DNA of 64,000 nt from a phage: the sequence record PQ826431.1; one strand, 5' to 3'. Under the pieces are notes generated by a model that saw only the letters and a program-made list of their open reading frames with translations, was not told the DNA's origin and searched no databases. Made by a program: the position numbers and the translations under genes. Below, in pieces: positions 17,549 through 26,393 of this stretch (positions are counted from its first letter, which is position 1; every line of letters starts with the position of its first letter).

Positions 17549-18220
17549 ATGAAAAAGTTTGTTGTTTACAGTCGTCTTTCTAAACAGAAAAAAGGTGAGG
17601 CACAATATGGTATGGAGAGCCAAGAGAACGATATCCGTTACTTCTTAGACTCTGTGCCTGATGCTGAAGTTATTGGTCAATTTTCTGAATACTATTCGGG
17701 TAAGGGCGATTGGAAGCAACGTAAGGAACTGGTCAAAGCGGTTGAAATGTGTAAAGCTACCGGAGCAACTTTATTGGTAGCTAAAGTTGATCGCTTGGGT
17801 CGTAACAACGCCTCCGTAGCAACTCTTCTGGAGATGATCGATGTTAAGATAGCCATCATGCCAGACGCAGATAAAATGGTTATACAGCTTCTGTCTGTTC
17901 TGGCTGAACAAGAAGTTAGAGGTATTGCTGATCGTATTAAAAAGGGTCTTGCTGTAGCAAAAAGTAAAGGTGTTTTATTAGGCAGTGCTAATCCTAAAAC
18001 TGCCGCTGCACGTAGAAAAGGAAAAATGGAATACAATTCTGTTAAAGCAGACGCTTTTGCAGAGACATTCCGTGAACGCTTGGAGATCCTTAGAGATTTA
18101 AATACACCTTACAAAACTATTGCTGAAAAATTCAATAGTAAGAAAATAGCAACAGCACGTGGTGGTAAATGGGATGCTAAAACTGTTTCTCGTTTGTGTG
18201 CCAGACTGAACATTAAATAG
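17549..18220 (+). CDS. small serine recombinase (resolvase/invertase family), 223 aa
   Basis: N-terminal Y-S-R-L-S catalytic serine motif, LVAKVDRLGRN motif, GIADRIKKGLAVAKSKG, C-terminal HTH; RBS AGGAG. Confidence 0.7.
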   Translation: MKKFVVYSRLSKQKKGEAQYGMESQENDIRYFLDSVPDAEVIGQFSEYYSGKGDWKQRKELVKAVEMCKATGATLLVAKVDRLGRNNASVATLLEMIDVKIAIMPDADKMVIQLLSVLAEQEVRGIADRIKKGLAVAKSKGVLLGSANPKTAAARRKGKMEYNSVKADAFAETFRERLEILRDLNTPYKTIAEKFNSKKIATARGGKWDAKTVSRLCARLNIK

Positions 18221-18228
18221 GAGAGGAT

Positions 18229-18651
18229 ATGAAACAAGAAAATGAATCTGTAGATCACTTAATCATGCTGTCAGCCCTTTTTGCCGGATGGGACGTATTT
18301 TTTGAAAATTTGTTCAATTCTGCTACAGATGGTTCCGATTTTATGCGCCAGTTTAAACGACGAACTGTTGAGGACTATACCTTCTATTCAGGTCTGATTG
18401 AAAAAGGTTACGAAGATACAAATACAACACTCACCATTAAAGTTTTAGATGTGATGTTTAGTGTTATAGATGCTATCGACGAAAGTCTTCCGATCCTAGA
18501 CAATTGTAATACGAAAGCCTATGTTTACAAAATAGCTTGTGCTTATGTGTCTGCAAACAGTTGTCTTCTTTCCACCCAGATTGCCGTGAACAATCTTGCC
18601 AACTTGTTTGATGAAGGAGAAACTTTTTATGACAATCGATTTGAAGTGTAA
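18229..18651 (+). CDS. hypothetical protein (140 aa)
   Basis: ORF track; RBS TAGGAGAGG. Confidence 0.6.
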   Translation: MKQENESVDHLIMLSALFAGWDVFFENLFNSATDGSDFMRQFKRRTVEDYTFYSGLIEKGYEDTNTTLTIKVLDVMFSVIDAIDESLPILDNCNTKAYVYKIACAYVSANSCLLSTQIAVNNLANLFDEGETFYDNRFEV

Positions 18652-18994
18652 GAGGATTCTTTTAGATTTCTATAATAATTGGTTAGAACACCTCCGTCTC
18701 TTTCCAAGAGAAAGTGGTTACGCTGATGTTGGCTTATGCCGAGGTCTGCGTATGTATATAAGTGATGAATTTCGGGCAGAGCATTCTTTAGCATATTCTG
18801 TTTATGGTATGCAATTAGCCAGTTTTGAAAACGCTGGCTTAGATACAACTTTCCCATTTAACACAGCAAAATCTTTTGAGCAAGAGTGTAAGGAAAAACG
18901 TTGTATGTTTAATGAAAAACGTGTACAGTGGGTTAAGGATCGAGTTAAACAACTGGAACAAGAGTTGGATTTCTTCTATGATGAGGCAGAATAA
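18629..18994 (+). CDS. paralog family member 6, 121 aa
   Basis: track ORF trimmed to ATG after RBS AAGGAG; motifs FYNNWLEHL, GLCRGL, TFPFN, VQWVKDRV. Confidence 0.65.
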   Translation: MTIDLKCKRILLDFYNNWLEHLRLFPRESGYADVGLCRGLRMYISDEFRAEHSLAYSVYGMQLASFENAGLDTTFPFNTAKSFEQECKEKRCMFNEKRVQWVKDRVKQLEQELDFFYDEAE

Positions 18995-19266
18995 TGGATA
19001 GACAAACCTTAAAAACAATGGCAGATGCTACTAATTCCCCGTACTTTGAAAAAGTAAGTAAGTTGGTAGCTCAAGCCGCAGAGGAAGGATATTATAACAT
19101 AAACATCCACAACCCAAGTCTTATACTAGAAATGCCAAATGATAAGAAGATACAAGAAAGTATCTGCGAAGGTATTGTTAGTTACTGGCGCGAGCGTGGG
19201 TGTGGTGCAAACATGGCTTTAGACAGTGCAAACATTGTAAGATATATAAATATTTCTTGGGGGTGA
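18994..19266 (+). CDS. hypothetical protein (90 aa)
   Basis: ORF track. Confidence 0.55.
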   Translation: MDRQTLKTMADATNSPYFEKVSKLVAQAAEEGYYNINIHNPSLILEMPNDKKIQESICEGIVSYWRERGCGANMALDSANIVRYINISWG

Positions 19267-19270
19267 TTTT

Positions 19271-19882
19271 ATGATTCAATGCACTCATATCCAAATTACT
19301 TGGAGAGATGAACTTTACCATTTGGGACAATTTACTGTAGGGGAAACATACCCTATCATTAAACATAATCCTAACATCGCAAACTTTGACAGGATGGTTC
19401 TTGTTGAGGACGATCTAGGTCAAACTTATTCTTTAGATCTAAAATATCCGTTTTCTTACGGCTACGATTGGATCGTTACTTTTGAAGACGCGGAGGAAAA
19501 TAAAACAATGAACGAAAAAAATTCTTGGTATTATCGTTGTGAACTGCCGCCAGTAGGTGAAAAGGTTATCTTTGTTCCTGATTTGGAAAGATATTCTTGG
19601 GACAGTTCTTATTCTGTTCCTAAAGAAGGAACAGAAGTTGAAGTTATTGCACATCGCACAACTTCGCATGGTAACGATGTAGCAGTTGTTTTCTGGGATG
19701 ATGAAGGCGCTGCTTGTGCAGGTGGCTTTGTTGCAGGTAATTTTGAACCCCTGCCAGATCCTTTGAAGGAGGCAATTTTAGGCGTAGCTTCTTTTGGACT
19801 CTCTTACACATCTGCACAAGAGATCGTAGAAGGTATTTTAAACGGTACCGTTCCAAACGAAATTTTTAAACAGATTAAATAA
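19271..19882 (+). CDS. hypothetical protein (203 aa)
   Basis: ORF track; RBS GGGGGTGATTTT. Confidence 0.6.
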   Translation: MIQCTHIQITWRDELYHLGQFTVGETYPIIKHNPNIANFDRMVLVEDDLGQTYSLDLKYPFSYGYDWIVTFEDAEENKTMNEKNSWYYRCELPPVGEKVIFVPDLERYSWDSSYSVPKEGTEVEVIAHRTTSHGNDVAVVFWDDEGAACAGGFVAGNFEPLPDPLKEAILGVASFGLSYTSAQEIVEGILNGTVPNEIFKQIK

Positions 19883-19887
19883 TAGTT

Positions 19888-19915
19888 GCACCCCGTTCTG
19901 CGGGGTGTTATTGTA
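19888..19915 (+). terminator. weak terminator-like hairpin GCACCCCG-ttct-CGGGGTG + T-rich
   Basis: hairpin plus TTATTG. Confidence 0.35.
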
Positions 19916-19933
19916 TATGTAAAGGAGGCGCTA

Positions 19934-20272
19934 ATGTATTACACTGAAGACTACATACTGTATAACTTTTTTAAAAGCTGGTTGAAATGGGCTGAACAAG
20001 CTCCTGTCGGAGATTGTGTTTTTCCTTGGGATTCTCGTCAAGGTTTGTGTCGTTGTTTGGAAGATTGGCTTATAACCACAAACTACAATTCAGAAACTAA
20101 GAAATCTACATCAAATCGATTAAAAATGTTGTTTGAAGAAGATGGTTTAGATCCAATTTATCCTTTCGGTGAGGAAAGTTTCCACAATGGTCTTTTCCTT
20201 GGCACTCAACATTATGATAAAGATCGTGTAGATTGGGTAAAAGAAAAGGTAGCACAGTATGAATGGGGTTAA
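19934..20272 (+). CDS. paralog family member 7, 112 aa
   Basis: track ORF trimmed to ATG after RBS AAAGGAGG; motifs FKSWLKWA, GLCRCL, IYPFGEES, VDWVKEKV. Confidence 0.65.
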   Translation: MYYTEDYILYNFFKSWLKWAEQAPVGDCVFPWDSRQGLCRCLEDWLITTNYNSETKKSTSNRLKMLFEEDGLDPIYPFGEESFHNGLFLGTQHYDKDRVDWVKEKVAQYEWG

Positions 20273-20462
20273 GAATTATCACCGCTGGTTAGAAAGCTAT
20301 CTTAAGAAATGTGAACTTGGTGTTCCAGGTTATACTTACGACACGGACGAGATCCTTGATGAAATGGAAGTTTGGTTTAAAGAGCCTCGTGAACTATTGG
20401 AAAACATTCTAATGGCTTGGGATGGTACGGCACAAAGCATTGAAGGAGGTAGAAATGAGTAA
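20259..20462 (+). CDS. hypothetical protein (67 aa)
   Basis: ORF track. Confidence 0.5.
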   Translation: MNGVKNYHRWLESYLKKCELGVPGYTYDTDEILDEMEVWFKEPRELLENILMAWDGTAQSIEGGRNE

Positions 20463-20589
20463 GAAATTGTTTAATATTCGTGAGAACCGTGATGGATCGT
20501 TCTCTGTAGTCAATGAGTTTAACGTTTCGGTTGGGACTTTTATTACTAAACGTCAAGCAGAACAAGTAAGAGATACTTTAAACAAGTAA
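20455..20589 (+). CDS. hypothetical protein (44 aa)
   Basis: ATG after RBS GAAGGAGGTAGAA; not in track. Confidence 0.4.
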   Translation: MSKKLFNIRENRDGSFSVVNEFNVSVGTFITKRQAEQVRDTLNK

Positions 20590-20606
20590 ATTTTTAAGGG
20601 GGACTT

Positions 20607-21026
20607 ATGTTAGGTAAGATCAAAGCCTTTTTCAAACGTATTATCGAAGGAAGTCCAACAGAAGGTGCATTAGGAAGATCCCTAACAGGAGAACCACTTG
20701 CCATAATTTCTATCAGTCGGCATGGTGGATATTCCATTCGACAAACACCTTTAGGTATAAAAGGTAGTATGCTTTCTTGGACAATATCTCAAGTTGGTGA
20801 TAACAGGCTTGCAGCTATAGCGTTACTTCGTGGGGAGTATGACTACTGTTTATCAGCATCTTCTAAAAAGCACCTCATAGAGCACATTAGAGACAGAGTA
20901 GAAAGAGAAGGCGGATACTTCTTCGAAACTAAGAGAAACGAACAAGGAACTCTTGACTTCACTAAGGTTTACTGGGACAATCATACTCGTCAAACTGTTG
21001 AACAACTTCTGGAGGAAAGATGTTAA
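20607..21026 (+). CDS. hypothetical protein (139 aa)
   Basis: ORF track; RBS AAGGGGGACTT. Confidence 0.6.
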   Translation: MLGKIKAFFKRIIEGSPTEGALGRSLTGEPLAIISISRHGGYSIRQTPLGIKGSMLSWTISQVGDNRLAAIALLRGEYDYCLSASSKKHLIEHIRDRVEREGGYFFETKRNEQGTLDFTKVYWDNHTRQTVEQLLEERC

Positions 21027-21229
21027 AAGCTTTTGCTGTATACTCTACTGTAGGATTCTTTTATTGGATTATAGTTGTTGTTGGATGTTGGTTGGGTTCT
21101 TCTGTTGTGATGGGAGAATGGTTAACATACAATGTATTTGAATGGGATGTAGTTTGTAGATCATTACTTGTTATATGGACTGCTATTGTTTGTTGGATAA
21201 CTGTTAGTCTAACATTAGATCTATATTGA
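21020..21229 (+). CDS. small membrane protein (69 aa)
   Basis: ORF track; two hydrophobic helices. Confidence 0.5.
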   Translation: MLKAFAVYSTVGFFYWIIVVVGCWLGSSVVMGEWLTYNVFEWDVVCRSLLVIWTAIVCWITVSLTLDLY

Positions 21230-21522
21230 TTAATAGATGGTAGATAGATGATCATAGTTTATCTACCTTCACTTACGTTTCATACCTCACTATCGTGAGT
21301 AACATGAAACATTATTATATAGAAATCTACTACTCGCTATCGCTCGTAAACATATGTTTAGGGTACCATATTTTTTTGAAAAAGTCAATGCTGATTCACC
21401 TATCAATTATCTGTTTAAGATAAGTCTTACCTATCAATCTAAGTCTTAACTAGTATTGCACCTATAGTAAGACTATTCCTATAGTTATTAACCCTCTTCT
21501 TCTGTAGAATGTAATTAGATCC
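21230..21522. repeat. intergenic region with short repeated motifs (CCTATCAAT, AAGTCTTA, CCTATAGT) and inverted repeat GGTAGATA...TATCTACC
   Basis: no ORF; repeated words visible by eye. Confidence 0.4.
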
Positions 21523-21551
21523 TTGACAAACTCACAAAACTTGTGTTACAT
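21523..21551 (+). promoter_or_regulatory. promoter (TTGACA-17-TTACAT)
   Basis: -35 consensus upstream of 21590 ORF. Confidence 0.45.
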
Positions 21552-21589
21552 TGTGTCTCACAGGTGAATAATACCGAACAGGAGGAAGA

Positions 21590-21805
21590 ATGAGTTCCAA
21601 TTTTCTATACAAAGCAAAAGATTCACGAGATGGAGAGAACCATTGGTGGTTGATCACAGAAGATGGTGTTATCATCCTACCGTGGGACGGAGAGACGAAA
21701 GTTCAAATATTAGAGAAAGTAAAAGGTGTTAGTTTTAATGTTAGTCATGACATAACAACTTTCAAAGCTTTTGCTATGAATCCTAATCTTGTTGCTGAAT
21801 GGTAA
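21590..21805 (+). CDS. hypothetical protein (71 aa)
   Basis: ORF track; RBS AACAGGAGGAAGA. Confidence 0.55.
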   Translation: MSSNFLYKAKDSRDGENHWWLITEDGVIILPWDGETKVQILEKVKGVSFNVSHDITTFKAFAMNPNLVAEW

Positions 21806-21818
21806 TCCAGGAGAAAAT

Positions 21819-22037
21819 ATGACTAAAATGTATGCAGCCGTTGATAAGCTGGATGGGTCTGATTCTGTTTTTATTTTGAATAAAATGGGTGTCTTAGTTT
21901 ATGCCCGAACTTCTCAAAACATAGAACACCAAGTGGAAGCAGCACAAATTTTAGAGCAAATAACCCCTCCATACCTATACTCAAATGTTGAGCGTTTTAA
22001 CGATGCACTTGGTTTGACGTTAATAGCAGAATGGTAA
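21819..22037 (+). CDS. hypothetical protein (72 aa)
   Basis: track ORF trimmed to ATG after RBS CCAGGAGAAAAT; C-terminus ...IAEW resembles preceding gene ...VAEW. Confidence 0.55.
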   Translation: MTKMYAAVDKLDGSDSVFILNKMGVLVYARTSQNIEHQVEAAQILEQITPPYLYSNVERFNDALGLTLIAEW

Positions 22038-22039
22038 TA

Positions 22040-22237
22040 ATGGCGAAAATGTTGGAAATTGATAATGTTGTAACAATCACTACGTCCATACCTTGTCATC
22101 CTATGCCTTGCCCTTATTGTGGTGGTGCAGGATATGTTATGGCGGATGTAGGTCAAATTTACGAGTGTAACCCGTGCAAAACCACAGGCTATATCGAAAT
22201 AGAATCAGAGGAGAAACACTATGAGCCAAAACGCTAA
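22040..22237 (+). CDS. small zinc-ribbon protein (65 aa)
   Basis: CPYCGG and CNPCKTTG Cys pairs; start uncertain. Confidence 0.5.
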   Translation: MAKMLEIDNVVTITTSIPCHPMPCPYCGGAGYVMADVGQIYECNPCKTTGYIEIESEEKHYEPKR

Positions 22238-22670
22238 AGAAAAAGAAGTAATCACGGTAATCCGTCAGATGGAAGGTGCAGAAAACAATGCTTTTGTTAC
22301 TAAGATTCTTCTTAATATCTTTGAAGATATTATTTTAAACAATCCTGGTCATAAAGATTATCAGTATGATGTTATGATGGGTGCTTTGCTTGAGATTAAC
22401 AAAAACACTTTTGCTGAATATGAGCAACACATGCTTTTACCAGAGGAAGATCAGGATTATTTGTTATCTGGTGCTTTAAGTGCACAAGAAAATTTCTACC
22501 ACGTTCTTAATATGGCTTATGCAGATGAACTTGCTGTTTCCCTTGAAGAGCGTATTCAAATGGTTCGTGATGTGATGAATGAACAAATCCAAGAAGTTGA
22601 AGATTTGGTGGCAGAACCTTTAGCAGAAATTCGTGCAGCTATTGAAAAACAAAAAGGAACTCAATCATGA
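22221..22670 (+). CDS. hypothetical protein (149 aa)
   Basis: ORF track; RBS CAGAGGAGAAAC. Confidence 0.6.
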   Translation: MSQNAKEKEVITVIRQMEGAENNAFVTKILLNIFEDIILNNPGHKDYQYDVMMGALLEINKNTFAEYEQHMLLPEEDQDYLLSGALSAQENFYHVLNMAYADELAVSLEERIQMVRDVMNEQIQEVEDLVAEPLAEIRAAIEKQKGTQS

Positions 22671-22834
22671 TGCAAGTAGGTGATGTGGTTTGCCTTAAAG
22701 GTGCAAACAAACAAATGACAGTAATAGAAAGTTATGGTGAATCTTGTAAAGTAACTTGGTTCGATGAAAACGGGGAATTGCAACACGCCATATTCGATCA
22801 AAAAGCTTTGAGGAAGGTTGAAGAAAAAGAATGA
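22667..22834 (+). CDS. small beta-barrel protein (55 aa), DUF2158-like pattern
   Basis: GDVVxLKG...MTV...C.V.WFD pattern; not in track. Confidence 0.4.
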   Translation: MMQVGDVVCLKGANKQMTVIESYGESCKVTWFDENGELQHAIFDQKALRKVEEKE

Positions 22835-23094
22835 GCCATCCGTCAATATTTTTCTGTTTTGTAGATCTTGAAAACGAGTCTTTAATCGTTGATAGTGAGG
22901 GTTACTTCACTTATTGGGAATCCGAGCACGAAACTATAAGTGTAGTGAAAGAAATTATGCAAACCAATCCAAACCTACCAGCGCATAAGTACGGTATTGC
23001 AAAAGTGTTTGTTACTAAAACAGAGTACACAAAAGAGCGAAGCACTTTGTACCATAATATTGAAGTGATTCACTATTTCAAAGATGTTATTTAG
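22831..23094 (+). CDS. hypothetical protein (87 aa)
   Basis: ORF track. Confidence 0.55.
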   Translation: MSHPSIFFCFVDLENESLIVDSEGYFTYWESEHETISVVKEIMQTNPNLPAHKYGIAKVFVTKTEYTKERSTLYHNIEVIHYFKDVI

Positions 23095-23102
23095 GAGGTT
23101 AT

Positions 23103-23711
23103 ATGGAAGAGAAGATTTGGGATGGTAAAGATCCTTTAGAAGTTGGACACGTAGTGCGTGTCAAAAAATCTACTACAGGTCCTGGTTTTTCTGGTTTGTA
23201 TCATATACCAGAAGAAGGTCAGCACGTTACAATTTTGGCTCGTGACAAACAAAACGGAGCAACGCCTGTGTGGATTGTTCGTTGGTATGACAAAGATCTT
23301 AACATTTGCTTGTCACCTATTATGGCGCATTTGCTGGAAGCACCTTGCTCTGAAGAAGCTCTAATTTTTGTTTCGGCTTTTCAGAAAGCCACAGGTTTAA
23401 CATTAGATGCAAAAGATGTGCAAAAAGCATTTGACATTATTCAGGAAGACAACGATACTACATCTAACGACGAACTGGTTGAAGTTACAATCTTATCTTC
23501 AGCAGATATCCGAGAGATTGATAATTGTGATTTTCCAATCACATTTAAAATGTCGCAGAAAGACATGCAGTCATCTGGAAGTTGTTTTGGTATACCTCGT
23601 TGGTTTTTTGATTCTATCAAAAATTCTACTACAGAGGGATCAGACTATGATCAAGATGACGTGCTTTGGTTCTTAAAAAACCGAGAGATTGTTCTCTCAC
23701 CACTTAAATAA
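23103..23711 (+). CDS. hypothetical protein (202 aa)
   Basis: ORF track; RBS TTAGGAGGTTAT. Confidence 0.6.
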   Translation: MEEKIWDGKDPLEVGHVVRVKKSTTGPGFSGLYHIPEEGQHVTILARDKQNGATPVWIVRWYDKDLNICLSPIMAHLLEAPCSEEALIFVSAFQKATGLTLDAKDVQKAFDIIQEDNDTTSNDELVEVTILSSADIREIDNCDFPITFKMSQKDMQSSGSCFGIPRWFFDSIKNSTTEGSDYDQDDVLWFLKNREIVLSPLK

Positions 23712-23720
23712 GGAGAAATA

Positions 23721-23822
23721 ATGGTTTCATTTATCGTAGGTGTAGTTGTAGGCTATCTTATTAACAAATATCAAGACGTTATCACGGCAAAAGTAAAAGA
23801 CATTTTAGACTCATCTAAATAA
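23721..23822 (+). CDS. small membrane peptide (33 aa)
   Basis: ATG after RBS TAAGGAGAAATA; hydrophobic; not in track. Confidence 0.3.
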   Translation: MVSFIVGVVVGYLINKYQDVITAKVKDILDSSK

Positions 23823-23874
23823 TCTATCAAAGCTGCATCTTCAATAGGTGCAGCCTTTTAAAAGGAGATATGGC

Positions 23875-24048
23875 ATGACTAAACGCACTGATTTTAAATG
23901 TATGCATTGTGGGAAATCTTTTGGGGATCATCAAGCTCGCACATTCAACTGTCCACGTAAAGGTCGCGGAAATTTTAAAGGTTTTAATCCCGCACATGTT
24001 TATTCTCCAGATTACGATAAGCCAGAAGAAGAAAAATTTGTTATTTAA
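23875..24048 (+). CDS. small zinc-binding protein (57 aa)
   Basis: track ORF trimmed to ATG after RBS AAAAGGAGATATGGC; CMHCGK and CPRKG motifs. Confidence 0.45.
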   Translation: MTKRTDFKCMHCGKSFGDHQARTFNCPRKGRGNFKGFNPAHVYSPDYDKPEEEKFVI

Positions 24049-24060
24049 TAAGGAGGTCAT

Positions 24061-24342
24061 ATGGAACTCGTTCAAGAATTGTATAATGCTTTAGGAGCAA
24101 AAGGAAAAGATTGGCCCGAACATGCGCTTATTGCTATAAGAGACTCCGATGGTGAGATTAAGTTTTCAAGCGTAAGTAAAGAGCACATCGTAGAAACAAA
24201 ACTGGGTATTTACATGCGTGGAACTTATTGCTTATTCAACACCAGAATGGTAGAAGCCCCTGTTATCGAGGATGGAACAAAAGATTGCCCCACAATCGTA
24301 ACAAAATCTGAATATGAGAAGTTTTTCTACGCTAAGGCTTGA
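24061..24342 (+). CDS. hypothetical protein (93 aa)
   Basis: ORF track; RBS AATAAGGAGGTCAT. Confidence 0.6.
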   Translation: MELVQELYNALGAKGKDWPEHALIAIRDSDGEIKFSSVSKEHIVETKLGIYMRGTYCLFNTRMVEAPVIEDGTKDCPTIVTKSEYEKFFYAKA

Positions 24343-24387
24343 CACAGAAACAATACTATAGGATAGTGATCCTATCGTAGCAATAGA

Positions 24388-24409
24388 ACCCGCTTCGGCG
24401 GGTTTTTTC
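24388..24409 (+). terminator. intrinsic terminator ACCCGC-ttcg-GCGGGT + T6
   Basis: hairpin plus TTTTTT. Confidence 0.6.
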
Positions 24410-24433
24410 ATATCTGTAGCAATAGGAGGTCGT

Positions 24434-24664
24434 GTGTTAAATAAAATCGAAGAAGGTTGTATGGCATTTTTGGTAGATAACCCGTTTCCCTTTATGGTTA
24501 AGGTCCATGTAGGAGAGTATTTAGGTTATGACGAATGGGATTGTAGTATCAATAGTGAAATGCACCACTACCAACCAACAATACTTAAGACGGATCAAAT
24601 AGCGCGTATTACAGTAGAGGATGAATTGATCATTGAGTTATACGAGAGAGCACTACACAAGTAA
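24434..24664 (+). CDS. hypothetical protein (76 aa)
   Basis: ORF track; GTG start after RBS TAGGAGGTCGT. Confidence 0.5.
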   Translation: MLNKIEEGCMAFLVDNPFPFMVKVHVGEYLGYDEWDCSINSEMHHYQPTILKTDQIARITVEDELIIELYERALHK

Positions 24665-24708
24665 GCTAGAACCCACCTAAATCGAACAGAGACGCTCTAA
24701 AATAGAAA

Positions 24709-24737
24709 AGGCACCCACTTGGGTGCCTTTGTTTTAT
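24709..24737. terminator. bidirectional terminator at convergence of plus and minus gene blocks
   Basis: hairpin GGCACCCA-ctt-GGGTGCC flanked by A-run and T-run. Confidence 0.65.
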
Positions 24738-25006
24738 TCTTCGTTAGATTGCGTCTCAGACGCGTTAAATTCGGTTTCAGTACAACTTGCTAGGTAACTT
24801 ATATTTTGCATCACTACAACTACAGGTGTTTGAAGTTTATTTTCTAGCCCCGCAGCCACTTGAGCCAAGGCATTATCAATATTTGATTTTCTAACGCCTG
24901 TTCCATGTCCTGTTGCCAAGTAAAGATTACCTTCCCCTTTTTGCGTAGCATTGGCAAAGTAGTAAACGTAATGTGCAAGGTAGTAATCACGGATTTCTTC
25001 AGTCAT
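24734..25006 (-). CDS. hypothetical protein (90 aa)
   Basis: ORF track; RBS AGGAGAATAAA. Confidence 0.55.
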   Translation of the reverse strand: MTEEIRDYYLAHYVYYFANATQKGEGNLYLATGHGTGVRKSNIDNALAQVAAGLENKLQTPVVVVMQNISYLASCTETEFNASETQSNEE

Positions 25007-25049
25007 TTTATTCTCCTAATAAGAAAGGGGCCGAAGCCCCTTGAGTGGT

Positions 25050-25865
25050 TTATTTGTTTAAGTGGTCTTCGACCATTTTAATGAAACCTTCATTGCTGAA
25101 GGCTGTTGCAGCTTTTTCTCGGTAAACAAAAACTCCACGATCTTCATAGAGAAGTGTTTCTTCGTAATTAACTCCAGGGTTAACTACAACCATTTTTGTA
25201 CCCATACTAAGTGCAGGAAATAATTCCCAATTAAAATTGATAACTTGGTTTGAACATCCTACTACTACAACCAAATCTTGCATGGTCAAAGTATCGAACA
25301 AGTGAGCCATATCTGCATACAAAGGTGCAGCCTCACCAAAAAATACAACATTAGGCTTCACCCAGTTATAATCATCTATGTTTATACTATTGTAACCAAT
25401 ATCTACCAGTGTTTTGTAATCTCCAGGATGCATACGGTAAACTACTTCAGGAAGATATCCGTGTACGTGAATAACAGAATCTCTGTCTACACCTGCTCGC
25501 TCTAGTAGATCATCAACGTTTGTTGTCAAGTTTACTATTTGGTTAGGATATTCCTTAAACCACTTTGCTATTTGAATATGTGCAGCATTAGGTTGTACAT
25601 CTTTAAGCTCAACACGTCTTTTGTTATAAAATTCGTGTGTTTTGGCATACAAATCCATACCGTTCTCGTCTACACCACCGACCACTGGAAGATCTGGAGA
25701 TGTTCTAACACGATAACCTGCTTGGAAAGCTCCAATATCGCAGACCTCTTCTAAATCATATTCTTCCCATAAAGCACGACCACTATCTGTGTCTGTTCTA
25801 AATGTTCGAATCCCACTGTCTGCACTTAAACCTGCACCGCTTACAAAAATCACTCGTCTTGGCAT
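25050..25865 (-). CDS. Sir2-family (sirtuin-like) NAD-binding protein, 271 aa
   Basis: N-terminal FVSGAGLSADSGIRTFR (sirtuin GAG-S-x-x-SGI-P-x-FR-like motif), IHVHG motif; no Zn-ribbon cysteines seen. Confidence 0.65.
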   Translation of the reverse strand: MPRRVIFVSGAGLSADSGIRTFRTDTDSGRALWEEYDLEEVCDIGAFQAGYRVRTSPDLPVVGGVDENGMDLYAKTHEFYNKRRVELKDVQPNAAHIQIAKWFKEYPNQIVNLTTNVDDLLERAGVDRDSVIHVHGYLPEVVYRMHPGDYKTLVDIGYNSINIDDYNWVKPNVVFFGEAAPLYADMAHLFDTLTMQDLVVVVGCSNQVINFNWELFPALSMGTKMVVVNPGVNYEETLLYEDRGVFVYREKAATAFSNEGFIKMVEDHLNK

Positions 25866-26335
25866 TCTTCCTCCTCAAATGGATCATAAGAATTGTACTC
25901 GTAAGTATCATCTTCTGAAAATTCTACTTCGAAATAAATATCAAACTCTGCAAACAGACGTAGGATGTTAGACATGCTGTAATAATTATCGTAGGCAGAT
26001 TCAGCTTCATAGTAAACATAAAGCAAATGGTTAGCCTTATCATCTTCCAAATATTTCCCGTCTGCATACGCATAGTCTGCATATGCTTTACCTGCATCTT
26101 CCACAAGAGAACGATCAAGCAGAGTAGGAAATGGTTTCTCTTTTTCTTTTAGTTTGCTCACTAACCAATGTGCAATATCATTCCATTCTGCATCCATACC
26201 ACTAAAGCAACTTGCTTCTTCTCCAAAAGAAGCTTCTCCTAAATCGCCACTAATACGAACAACATTAGATGAATTATAGCCACACGTTTCACAATCAGAG
26301 TAACTATTATGCACATTGACATTTACTTGAAACAT
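25850..26335 (-). CDS. hypothetical acidic protein (161 aa)
   Basis: ORF track; D/E/Y-rich. Confidence 0.55.
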   Translation of the reverse strand: MFQVNVNVHNSYSDCETCGYNSSNVVRISGDLGEASFGEEASCFSGMDAEWNDIAHWLVSKLKEKEKPFPTLLDRSLVEDAGKAYADYAYADGKYLEDDKANHLLYVYYEAESAYDNYYSMSNILRLFAEFDIYFEVEFSEDDTYEYNSYDPFEEEECQDE

Positions 26336-26393
26336 ATTCCCTCCTATAAAAGAAAAGCCCCCTGAAACAGGAGGCTTTGTTCAGATATTGGCA

